Shown: positions 1 to 7,862 of the stretch, one piece after another
Layout of the letters: every line of letters starts with the position of its first letter
How positions within the stretch are numbered: the stretch's first letter is position 1
NCBI GenBank assembly: GCA_038248345.1
Contig: JBBRXO010000045.1
Location: forward strand, 1-22,113
Length of the DNA: 22,113 nt
Direction: 5' to 3'
Origin: Armatimonadota bacterium
GTDB taxonomy: Bacteria; Armatimonadota; Hebobacteria; CAIYQO01
The notes under the pieces: model-generated
Told to the model about the DNA's origin: nothing
What the model saw: only the letters and a program-made list of their open reading frames with translations
Databases searched by the model: none
Translations under genes and position numbers: made by a program

Positions 1-687
1 CAGAACGGCATCAGCGACATCAATATCACCGTCAAGCGCGGCTCCTTCACCGTCATCACCGGGCGCAACGGTAGCGGCAAAACCACGCTGCTACGCGTGC
101 TCCTCGGCCTGCTCTCACACGACAGTGGCGAGATTCGCTGGAATGGCGCGGTAGTGGACGACCCCGGCGCGTTCTTTGTGCCGCCGCATTCCTCCTACAC
201 CGCACAGGTGCCGCGCCTCTTCAGCGACACGCTGCGCGACAACATTCTCATGGGCATGGATAAGAGCGATGAGGAGATTCAACTGGCGCTGTACGCCGCC
301 GTGCTGGAACACGACCTGGCGCAACTGGATGCGGGCCTGGAGACGAAGGTCGGCCCCAAAGGTATCAAGTTAAGCGGTGGCCAGATGCAACGCACCAGCG
401 CCGCCCGCATGTTCGTGCGCGATCCCGAGCTACTGGTCTTCGACGACCTCAGCAGCGCCCTCGACGTGGAGACCGAACAAAACCTCTGGGAGCGCGTCTT
501 CGCCCACGAAGGCAAAACCTGCCTGGTAGTCAGTCACCGCAAAGCCGCCCTCCGCCGCGCCGACCAGATCATCGTCCTCAAAGACGGCCAAATCGACGCC
601 ACCGGCACCCTGCAGCACCTGCTCGACACTAACGAAGAGATGCAGCGCCTCTGGCACGGCGGCGATGGAAACGCCGAGGACACGTAG
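1..687 (+). CDS. ABC transporter ATP-binding domain (C-terminal part of a probable fused permease/ATPase exporter), 5'-truncated by the window
   Basis: Frame 1 is open from base 1: Walker A GRNGSGKTT (61-87), Q-loop TAQ, signature LSGGQ, Walker B/D-loop LLVFDDLSSALD, H-loop VSHR; TAG at 685-687. Confidence 0.93.
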   Translation, partial: QNGISDINITVKRGSFTVITGRNGSGKTTLLRVLLGLLSHDSGEIRWNGAVVDDPGAFFVPPHSSYTAQVPRLFSDTLRDNILMGMDKSDEEIQLALYAAVLEHDLAQLDAGLETKVGPKGIKLSGGQMQRTSAARMFVRDPELLVFDDLSSALDVETEQNLWERVFAHEGKTCLVVSHRKAALRRADQIIVLKDGQIDATGTLQHLLDTNEEMQRLWHGGDGNAEDT

Positions 688-706
688 CATGGGTTTGCTT
701 TAGAAC

Positions 707-798
707 CACAAAGACACAAAGGCACGAAGAGAGAATAAGAGGGCGACAGAATTACGAATTGATAATTATGAATTACGAAGCCCCCGTAATTCGTAATT
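707..798. repeat. Short tandem repeats: 3x CACRAAGR octamer, 4x AATTRNK-type heptamer, then 2 inverted heptamers
   Basis: cacaaaga-cacaaagg-cacgaaga (707-730); aattacg-aattgat-aattatg-aattacg (750-777); cgtaatt-cgtaatt (785-798). Confidence 0.8.
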
Positions 799-813
799 GT
801 ACCTCCTGAGAGC

Positions 814-836
814 GCAGGCGTCCCGCCCATGAGAAC
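814..836 (+). repeat. REP-like palindrome, family A copy 1 (partial)
   Basis: GCAGGCGTCCCGCCCATGAGAAC resembles the reverse complements of 3154-3184 and 10216-10246. Confidence 0.6.
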
Positions 837-872
837 ATTTCGGACAACTCAGACAATAATGAAGGATGTAAC

Positions 873-1403
873 ATGAATATTGATCAGGATATGAAATTCG
901 TAGATTTGTCTCTAATATCTGACTTACTCAATACTAGCATAACAGATATTACTGCAGTTCATGTATCGACCAAAGTTACTATTGGGTACCTTACCCTTTC
1001 TGCAATTTGCGTAGCAAGTAATAACAGCAAGCGTGTATACTTCACAATATGTGATTACACCGTAGACGGAATCGACTATTTTTATATTGAGCCGTCAGTA
1101 TCTTATGAGGTTAAAGAATATCCAAATGGGCCAATTAGTTTATGGAAATCAATAGTTAATAACTTACCACAAAAATCGATGAAGATATCCTCAATAGACG
1201 CATATATTGGGTTTCGTTTGGATGGTATCCCTCGAAAAACTAGATGTATAAATGGGGTGTTAATAAGATTTGCATGTGACGATCCCATATACATTGTTCC
1301 ATCAGAATTCCCGATGTCAGTAGATATTATTTATGACAAAAACATGATAGAACAATATATTGCAAACAATACAGATGAACGAGTAACGCTTTGCACAGAA
1401 TAA
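873..1403 (+). CDS. Hypothetical protein (176 aa), AT-rich, probably horizontally acquired
   Basis: Long ORF in visibly AT-rich DNA where chance ORFs are short; GAAGGA SD-like site upstream; no family recognised. Confidence 0.75.
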   Translation: MNIDQDMKFVDLSLISDLLNTSITDITAVHVSTKVTIGYLTLSAICVASNNSKRVYFTICDYTVDGIDYFYIEPSVSYEVKEYPNGPISLWKSIVNNLPQKSMKISSIDAYIGFRLDGIPRKTRCINGVLIRFACDDPIYIVPSEFPMSVDIIYDKNMIEQYIANNTDERVTLCTE

Positions 1404-1446
1404 TTTCAGAATCAAAGAAGAACAACCACTAGAGATAACTACCATC

Positions 1447-1758
1447 TCAAGCCAGATTCTTCAACATTCCCCCAAAGCGCGCATTGCCTTCTTCCAATGC
1501 TTGTTCGATATTGGGATTACTGTCTTCATCACCCGCCAACTCCCGCATCGCTGTCTCATATTTATCATGGAATTTCTGCCCAACGCTTCTGATTTTCGCG
1601 GCGCGCTCTTCGTCGATGACTGGGGACAGGATGAGGCTTTCGCCGTCGGTGTGAAGCTGCAGCATGGTATTCTCATCGATACCCAGCAGGTCGAGGATCG
1701 GCTTCTCTATTACGATAGCACGGCTATTGCCATGCCGGGATAGCTTTTTCGTCATCAT
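1447..1758 (-). CDS. AbrB/MazE/SpoVT-family DNA-binding antitoxin
   Basis: N-terminal KLSRHGNSRAIVIEKPILDLLGI...GESLILSP is a typical swapped-hairpin AbrB domain; SD AGGAG at 1767-1771. Confidence 0.88.
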   Translation of the reverse strand: MMTKKLSRHGNSRAIVIEKPILDLLGIDENTMLQLHTDGESLILSPVIDEERAAKIRSVGQKFHDKYETAMRELAGDEDSNPNIEQALEEGNARFGGMLKNLA

Positions 1759-1776
1759 CGTTATTGCTCCTACAGA

Positions 1777-1801
1777 TACAACTGTTGTAACTATTGTACC
1801 A
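1777..1801 (-). promoter_or_regulatory. Extended -10 promoter with probable autoregulatory operator of the antitoxin
   Basis: TGG-TACAAT (-10 at 1793-1798), followed by palindrome TACAAC-A-GTTGTA (1777-1789); TACAAYAGT occurs twice in tandem. Confidence 0.6.
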
Positions 1802-1809
1802 CATACTTA

Positions 1810-2826
1810 CTACATCGGTGGCAACGGCGTCAGCAGTTCGCCGAAGGGTTTCTCTTCTTTGGACTGGGCTTTGCGGCCAACGAAGATGAAGTAGCTGCTG
1901 AGGAGGACGGCTTCGATGCCGGCGACGATGAATTTTATTTCGCTGGGCATGTATTTTGGCTCGATGGGGGAGAAGAAGCTCTCGATGAAGCCGGCGATTA
2001 CCAACATACTGGCCACGCCCAGCATTAGCTTGAGGGCTTCCTTGCCGCTCTCGATGAGGGCGACACGGCGCGGCACGTTGCCGGGGTTGAGTATCGCATA
2101 GCCGAGGAGCAGCCCGGCGCCGCCGCTGATGAAGATGGCGGTAAGCTCGAAGACCCCGTGCGGGGCGACGAAGGCCCAGAAGTTAGTGCTGGTCACTCCG
2201 CCATCCAACGCCACCCCCGCTCCGACGATTCCGAGCATGAGGCCGTTGCTGATGAGCAGCAGAATGGTAACCACGCCAGCGAGGATGCCGCCGGCGAAGG
2301 TGAGGATGCACACCTTGATATTATTGGTTATAATGAAGGCCGCCACGCTGGGACGCGTATCGGCGGGCATCCAGTCGGTCGATTTTCGGTGCCGTTCATT
2401 CTGCGTCTCGGTACCATCCAGCAATTGCCCGGGCAATACTTGCCGCGCCACCGCGCGGTCGCGCGAGACGAGCACAGCACCCACCACCGCGGGGATCATC
2501 GACACCATAAAGGCGATGAGCACCCAGATGAAATGCTGCCGGATGGCACGCGGAAACTCCTGCAGATAGAACTTGCTGATGCTGGGCCAGGGCCGCCGCG
2601 GCGAGACGTAGATAAACGGATAGCACTCACCCACCAGGTCGTTGAGGAAGATCACGCGCTCGGGATCCACCTGACGCGAGCGTTGAAACGACAGCTCCGC
2701 CGCCGCCCGCCGGTACTGCCTCCCGAACTCCAGAATCTCCGCTGATTCCAGTTTGGCGAATCCGCCCACCTTCACCGCCGCCAGCAGATCCACCAGTCGT
2801 TGCCATTCCTGATAAGGTACACTCAT
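1810..2826 (-). CDS. Stage II sporulation protein M (SpoIIM)-family membrane protein
   Basis: Motifs ITNNIKV, NGLMLG, APHGVFELTAIFISGGAGL, AGFIESFFSP; several TM segments. Start moved to ATG 2826 because the ORF-track ATG at 2835 overlaps the -10 box. Confidence 0.9.
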   Translation of the reverse strand: MSVPYQEWQRLVDLLAAVKVGGFAKLESAEILEFGRQYRRAAAELSFQRSRQVDPERVIFLNDLVGECYPFIYVSPRRPWPSISKFYLQEFPRAIRQHFIWVLIAFMVSMIPAVVGAVLVSRDRAVARQVLPGQLLDGTETQNERHRKSTDWMPADTRPSVAAFIITNNIKVCILTFAGGILAGVVTILLLISNGLMLGIVGAGVALDGGVTSTNFWAFVAPHGVFELTAIFISGGAGLLLGYAILNPGNVPRRVALIESGKEALKLMLGVASMLVIAGFIESFFSPIEPKYMPSEIKFIVAGIEAVLLSSYFIFVGRKAQSKEEKPFGELLTPLPPM

Positions 2827-2833
2827 GCCACAC

Positions 2834-2842
2834 ATTATATCA
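2834..2842 (-). promoter_or_regulatory. Extended -10 promoter giving a probable leaderless spoIIM-family mRNA
   Basis: TGA-TATAAT ends 7 nt before ATG 2826; no SD. Confidence 0.6.
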
Positions 2843-2877
2843 TTAAATCAATGGAATATGGGAGGGGTTTGGGATGC

Positions 2878-3069
2878 GAGTATCGTATTTTGTAACAAGC
2901 CGTCCTACCTGGCCTGGCCGTGAACGGCCAGGCTGGAGGGCCTTCGACCAATCACCCTTCGGGCGGGACGGTTCAGGGAAAGCGTACCCACCCGAAGGGT
3001 GATCGGCGAAGCCCGCTAGCCCAGTCGTTCACGGCTGGGCGAACAGGACGGGCGCTAAAAACGATACTC
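2878..3069. repeat. REPIN/BIME-like nested inverted-repeat element
   Basis: Outer IR GAGTATCGT/ACGATACTC; CCGTCCT/AGGACGG; two inverted hairpins (2912-2933, 3019-3040); inner 13-bp IR ATCACCCTTCGGG (2951-2963)/CCCGAAGGGTGAT (2991-3003). Confidence 0.8.
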
Positions 3070-3153
3070 CTGATTGTATAACCTCATCCTCGCTGAGATT
3101 GAAATCCCGGCTGAAGGGCGCTATTCGATTCAATAATAACTTCCTCTATCTGC

Positions 3154-3184
3154 CCGTTCTTATGGGCGAGACGCCCATGCCACG
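3154..3184 (-). repeat. REP-like palindrome, family A copy 2
   Basis: Minus strand CGTGGCATGGGCGTCTCGCCCATAAGAACGG: GTGG tetranucleotide followed by hairpin ATGGGCG/CGCCCAT, just 3' of gnd. Confidence 0.7.
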
Positions 3185-3197
3185 ATATCTGCCAACC

Positions 3198-4625
3198 CTA
3201 ATCCTCTACCCGTCCCACAGCGGCACCCCAATCTGTGTGGAAGTCACCTGCTCTATCAGTGCGGCGATAGCTATGGGCGCCGAAGTAATCGCGCTGGGCC
3301 TGGGTGAGATTAGCAGGTAGGCGCGCACTGCGGTAGGCATCGTAATAGGCCAACGAGGCCGACAGCGCCAGCACGGGGATGCCATTTTTAATGGCGGTAG
3401 CTACGAAGAAACGCCAGGCGGCCTGCCGACTAGCCACTGCCTGCCGGAAGACATCATCAAGCAATAGATTTATCAGGTGTGGGTTACGCTGATATGCGCC
3501 CATAATGTCGCTGAGGAGTTCGGCGCGGATGATGCAACCGCCTCGCCATAGGGAGACGATCTCTCGGAAATTCAACTGATAATGATACTCGCTACTCGCC
3601 ACCGCTAATAATGCCATCCCCTGCGCGTAGGAGGTGATTTTGCTGGCGTATAACGCGGCACGGGCCGCGTCTACCAGCTGTTGTTTATCGCCGGTATAGT
3701 TGACCAGCGGGCCGGGGAGGATTTTACTGGCGCGCACGCGCTCCACTTTATTGCCGCTGATGATGCGCGATTCCACGGCGGCGTTAATGGTAGGAGTGGC
3801 CGCCCCGAGATCGAGGGCGTTCTGAGTCGTCCATTTGCCGGTGCCTTTCTGCATCGCTTCGTCAAGGATCATCTCCAGCAACGGCAGCCCAGTTTCGCTA
3901 TCGGTGACGGCAAAGATGTCACGGGTTATCTCGATCAAATAGGAGGATAACTCGGTATTATTCCACTCATCGAAAATCTCATATAATTTTTGCGGCGAGA
4001 GACCCAGGCAACGATGGAGGACATCATAAGTTTCGGCGATCAGCTGCATATCGCCATATTCGATGCCGTTGTGTGCAATCTTCACATAGTGCCCGGTGCC
4101 GCGCGGGCCGATGTAGCTGACACAGGGGACGCCGTCCACCTTGGCGCTGATAGCTTGAAAAAGCTTCTCCACCAGCGCATAACCTTCCGGAGTGCCGCCA
4201 GGCATGATGGACGGGCCTTTCAAGGCCCCTTCTTCACCACCGGAAACCCCCACACCGAGGAAGAGTAACCCCCGAGCGGCCAGCTCCTGCGCGCGCCGCT
4301 CAGTGTCCAGAAAGAAAGAGTTGCCGCAATCCATAATCAGGTCACCCTGCGCCAGCAGCGGTACCAGTTGGGCGATGACGGCATCTACCGGCCCCCCCGC
4401 CTTCACCATGATCATTATTTTGCGCGGACTCTCCAGCGAATCCACAAAATCTGCCATCGTGGCGCAGGGGATAAGGTTTTTGCCGGGATGAGCCGCCGCA
4501 AAATCCGCCATTGTCTGCACGGTACGGTTATGCACCGCTACCCGGTAGCCGTGACTTTCCATGTTCAACACCAGATTCTGCCCCATCACCGCCAGCCCCG
4601 TGAGGCCAATGCTCGCTTTGGTCAT
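3198..4625 (-). CDS. gnd: NADP-dependent 6-phosphogluconate dehydrogenase (decarboxylating)
   Basis: GLAVMGQNL, HNRT, GVSGGEEGA, HNGIEYGDMQ, QAQRDYFGAH; start set to ATG 4625 after SD GAGGAG. Confidence 0.98.
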   Translation of the reverse strand: MTKASIGLTGLAVMGQNLVLNMESHGYRVAVHNRTVQTMADFAAAHPGKNLIPCATMADFVDSLESPRKIMIMVKAGGPVDAVIAQLVPLLAQGDLIMDCGNSFFLDTERRAQELAARGLLFLGVGVSGGEEGALKGPSIMPGGTPEGYALVEKLFQAISAKVDGVPCVSYIGPRGTGHYVKIAHNGIEYGDMQLIAETYDVLHRCLGLSPQKLYEIFDEWNNTELSSYLIEITRDIFAVTDSETGLPLLEMILDEAMQKGTGKWTTQNALDLGAATPTINAAVESRIISGNKVERVRASKILPGPLVNYTGDKQQLVDAARAALYASKITSYAQGMALLAVASSEYHYQLNFREIVSLWRGGCIIRAELLSDIMGAYQRNPHLINLLLDDVFRQAVASRQAAWRFFVATAIKNGIPVLALSASLAYYDAYRSARLPANLTQAQRDYFGAHSYRRTDRAGDFHTDWGAAVGRVED

Positions 4626-4832
4626 CTGCCATCTCCTCTGTTTTTCCCACCGAACAGTGCCCATTTCCCTTAACAATCAGCTTCTGCTCAGGATACATTT
4701 TATCTAGAAGATATTAACATCATTGCCAGTGTTTTACTAGTAGCGAAAGAGGGGAGTATCCTTCACTCCTCCCACGCAATGCCACGATAAAGCCACAACG
4801 CGCAACTTTTTCAGATTACAACTGTAAAGGGA

Positions 4833-6242
4833 CTAGTCTCCCCCACCATTATAGCGTCGCTGTTTTGCATCGGCAAAGAGGCCGTGATCACCGAGCCAGG
4901 CGAGGTGTATGGTGCCGGTGGGGCCGTTACGTTGCTTGGCCACCAGTACTTCTGTCAGGTTATGCTCATCTGGAGCCAGGCCGACTTTGCTGATCTCCTC
5001 ATCGCCATAGTAGGCCGGGCGATAAAGGAACATCACCAGATCAGCATCCTGCTCGATAGCGCCAGATTCGCGCAGGTCAGATAACTGCGGACGGCGGGGG
5101 GAGCGTGACTCTACCGAGCGTGATAGCTGCGAGAGCGCCACCACGGGCACCTTCATCTCCCGCGCTAATTGCTTCAGACCGCGGGCGATCTGGGATATCT
5201 CCTGCACGCGGTTTTCTACTTTGCCGGGGCTGCTCATCAATTGCAGGTAGTCGACTATTATCAACCCCAGGTCAGTCTCCGCCTTCAGGCGTCGGCATTT
5301 GCCGCGCATCTCCAGCACATGTGTCATGGGGCCGTCATCAATGAAGATGGGCACGTCCCACAGTCGCTCTACCCCGGCGGCCAATGCGGACATCTCTTCG
5401 TCGGTCACCTGTCCGTGACGCACTACATCCATGGAGACACGCGACTCAGTACAGAGCAGGCGCTGCGCCAACTGTTCTTTGGACATTTCCAAGCTGAAGA
5501 GCGCTACTGATTTACGTTCATCCATAGCGACATTGCGCGCAATATTCAACGCCAATGCGGTTTTGCCCATACTTGGGCGAGCGGCGATGATGATCAGGTC
5601 AGTTTCGTGTAATCCCGCCGTGATGCCATCTAACTCGGTGTAGCCTGTGGAAACCCCTCCGGCAGGGCCACCAGAGTCACGCATATCTTCAATGGAGTAA
5701 AACTCTTTTTTGATGACCTGTTGCAAAGGAACGAAGGCATTGGTGACGGTTTTCTCCGCCACGGCAAAGATCTTCTGCTCGCTCATATCGACCAGGTCGT
5801 CCAGCTCCTGCTCGCCCAGGTAGGCGGCGTTCATAATCTCATCAGCGGATTTAATCAGTTGCCGTTGCACCGATTTGGTACGAATAATATTCGCATAGTG
5901 AGCGATACCGGCAGCAGTGGGCACCTGGTTCATCACGGTGGTGAGGTAGAGTGTGCCGCCCACGGCTTCCAGCTTGCTTCCGCTTTCTGGATCGCGCAGG
6001 TTGGCTGGTTTTGACTTCAGTAAATCGCCCAAGGTAATCAAGTCTACCGGTTCGTTCTTACCGTATAGATCAATAATCCCCTGAAAGATGATACGATGCG
6101 CCTCCCGATAAAAATCCTTTTCCGTCAACAGATCCACCGCCCGCTCTATCGCCGAGCGCTCCAACAGCATCGCGCCCAACGCGGCCTGCTCCGCTTCGAG
6201 ATTATGCGGTGGTACCTTCTCTATCATATTGGGCATCGACAT
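4833..6242 (-). CDS. dnaB: Replicative DNA helicase DnaB
   Basis: PPHNLEAEQ, Walker A ARPSMGKT, FSLEMS, IVDYLQL, LSQLSR, SDLRESGAIEQDAD, KQRNGPTG; no intein. Confidence 0.99.
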   Translation of the reverse strand: MSMPNMIEKVPPHNLEAEQAALGAMLLERSAIERAVDLLTEKDFYREAHRIIFQGIIDLYGKNEPVDLITLGDLLKSKPANLRDPESGSKLEAVGGTLYLTTVMNQVPTAAGIAHYANIIRTKSVQRQLIKSADEIMNAAYLGEQELDDLVDMSEQKIFAVAEKTVTNAFVPLQQVIKKEFYSIEDMRDSGGPAGGVSTGYTELDGITAGLHETDLIIIAARPSMGKTALALNIARNVAMDERKSVALFSLEMSKEQLAQRLLCTESRVSMDVVRHGQVTDEEMSALAAGVERLWDVPIFIDDGPMTHVLEMRGKCRRLKAETDLGLIIVDYLQLMSSPGKVENRVQEISQIARGLKQLAREMKVPVVALSQLSRSVESRSPRRPQLSDLRESGAIEQDADLVMFLYRPAYYGDEEISKVGLAPDEHNLTEVLVAKQRNGPTGTIHLAWLGDHGLFADAKQRRYNGGGD

Positions 6243-6265
6243 GGTAAGTTACCTCGAAAATATAT

Positions 6266-6307
6266 GGAAAATAGCCGGGTGAGAGAGATCATCCCCCACC
6301 CGGCTAT
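6266..6307 (-). terminator. Intrinsic terminator-like hairpin between rplI and dnaB
   Basis: 11-bp perfect arms ATAGCCGGGTG/CACCCGGCTAT, extended on the minus strand only by GGGGA/UCUCU with G-U pairs, ending in a short U run. Confidence 0.6.
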
Positions 6308-6359
6308 CATACCAGAAATCCCCTGAAAATACTTTACGTATCGGAGGATTTTTTCTGTG

Positions 6360-6893
6360 TTACTCGGCGTCTTCTACAGCCACTTCCGGCACTTCCGGCA
6401 CTTCTGCAACTACAACTGCAGCCACCGGGGTGGGCACAACGGTGATGTTGGAGTCGGTGACTACCACATTCAGCGTCGCTTTGGTTTCGCCCATCAAATG
6501 TACGCTAACTTCGAATGTACCCAGGTTGCGGATAGAATCCGAGAGCGTGATTTTGCGGCGGTCAACCACCATGTCGAACTGTTCCTTCATCTTCTCGGCT
6601 ACGTCGGCAGAGGTAATGGAACCGTAGAGTTTGCCGTCTTTGCCGGTGCGCACATCGAAGGTGAGCGTCTGGCCGTTCAGGCGATCAGCTACCCCTAAGG
6701 CAGCTGCGTTGAGGCGCAAGGACTTGCGCTCCAGGCGTTTTTTGTTGTGTTCGAGTTCCTTGGCATTGCCGCTATTCACATAGACGGCCAACTTGCGGGG
6801 AACGAGGAAGTTACGCGCATAACCGGGCGCAACTTCGACAATTTTGCCCGGCTCGCCGAGCCCGAGGACTTCCTCGGTCAATATTACTTTCAT
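6360..6893 (-). CDS. rplI: 50S ribosomal protein L9 with acidic low-complexity C-terminal tail
   Basis: MKVIL...LGEPGKIVEVAPGYARNFLVP and GKLYGSIT; true start ATG 6893 (SD AGGGAG), not 6977. Confidence 0.98.
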   Translation of the reverse strand: MKVILTEEVLGLGEPGKIVEVAPGYARNFLVPRKLAVYVNSGNAKELEHNKKRLERKSLRLNAAALGVADRLNGQTLTFDVRTGKDGKLYGSITSADVAEKMKEQFDMVVDRRKITLSDSIRNLGTFEVSVHLMGETKATLNVVVTDSNITVVPTPVAAVVVAEVPEVPEVAVEDAE

Positions 6894-7399
6894 CTGGCAT
6901 CTCCCTTTGTCACACCCTCGGAGGACTTCTCCGGGTATGGCATGCCGGGTGCGCCGCCCCAGTACACGATTTTCCACTTCTCCCCTTCTCGGGTGAGATT
7001 GAAACCGTGGGTCGCGGGGTCTTCCGTCTGCTGTACGCTGATAACCGCCGTTTTAGCAGTTATCTCCATCGTCTTCACCGACTTCAAATCCCACGAGGGC
7101 ATCTCCCGCTTGCCTTGTTCCGCAAACTCAGCCGCTGGGTGTTTACTCTGCGACTGTTGCGACAACATATCGTATGCGATATCGAATTTCTCTTCCTGCA
7201 GCGCCTGCAGATAGTTTTTAACGACGGCGAGAGCTTCAGCATTCTGTTGCTCACTCGTCGGCTTTACTATCGTCACTGATGCCGCCGGACGCGGCACGGC
7301 CCCGGGTCTACCTGGTGTCGGCTCGTTCTTCACGCAACCAACGATAAGCAGCATACCCAACAACCCAGACAATAGCAACGAAAAACGATACAGCGACAT
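6890..7399 (-). CDS. Lipoprotein with probable NTF2-like (DUF4878-like) domain
   Basis: Signal peptide with lipobox LIVG-C; Pro-rich linker; VVKNYLQAL...AYDMLS...LTREGEKWKI pattern. Confidence 0.75.
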   Translation of the reverse strand: MSLYRFSLLLSGLLGMLLIVGCVKNEPTPGRPGAVPRPAASVTIVKPTSEQQNAEALAVVKNYLQALQEEKFDIAYDMLSQQSQSKHPAAEFAEQGKREMPSWDLKSVKTMEITAKTAVISVQQTEDPATHGFNLTREGEKWKIVYWGGAPGMPYPEKSSEGVTKGDAR

Positions 7400-7424
7400 G
7401 GGTGTCCTCTAATGTAACTGGAGA

Positions 7425-7454
7425 AGTTTACCAATTCAAGGGTGGATTTGTCAA
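7425..7454 (-). promoter_or_regulatory. Sigma70-type promoter of the lipoprotein-rplI(-dnaB) operon
   Basis: TTGACA (7449-7454), 18-nt spacer ending in TGG, TAAACT (7425-7430). Confidence 0.65.
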
Positions 7455-7515
7455 ATTTCGCTTGCTCTTCACCGTAATATGTGCTATTTTCAACTACGAA
7501 TGAGGAGGTAACTAT

Positions 7516-7860
7516 ATGGATGATTGTCTGTTCTGTCGTATCGCCAATGGGGCACTGCCGGTGGAGTTAGTCTATGATGATGAGCTGGCGGTGGCCTTCC
7601 GTGATATCAATCCGCAGGCCCCTACGCATATATTGATCGTGCCGAAAACACATATCGCCGACGTGATGGGACTGGGTGAAGCGTCTGGCCCGCTGCTGGC
7701 ACGTATCATGAAGGTGGCTACCGAGCTGGCACAGCGTGAAGGGATAGCTGAAACAGGCTTCCGCCTGCTGGCCAACACCGGCACTGAAGCCGGCCAGACC
7801 GTACCCCACCTGCACTTCCACCTTCTGGGTGGCCGGGTAATGGGGTGGCCTCCGGGATGA
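7516..7860 (+). CDS. hinT: Histidine triad (HIT) nucleotide-binding protein, HinT type
   Basis: DCLFCRI, AFRDINPQAPTHILIVPK, GQTVPHLHFHLLGGR...WPPG; SD GAGGAGG. Confidence 0.96.
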   Translation: MDDCLFCRIANGALPVELVYDDELAVAFRDINPQAPTHILIVPKTHIADVMGLGEASGPLLARIMKVATELAQREGIAETGFRLLANTGTEAGQTVPHLHFHLLGGRVMGWPPG

Positions 7861-7862
7861 AG

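Noticed and set aside
707..798. CRISPR array
   Set aside because: Units are 7-8 bp with no spacers; no cas genes in the window
1320..1446. Doc/MazF toxin remnant downstream of the antitoxin
   Set aside because: The short minus-strand ORF after the stop (MVVISSGCSS...) shows no Doc HxFxDGNKR or MazF motif and is antisense to the ORFan
1810..2826. Sporulation as a trait of this organism
   Set aside because: SpoIIM-family proteins are widespread in non-sporulating bacteria and no other spo genes are present
4833..6242. Intein in DnaB
   Set aside because: Normal length (469 aa) with contiguous motifs; only a short N-terminal loop insertion (KPANLRDPESG)
6894..6977. N-terminal extension of L9 in the ORF track
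   Set aside because: Overlaps the lipoprotein CDS; canonical MKVIL start with SD is at 6893
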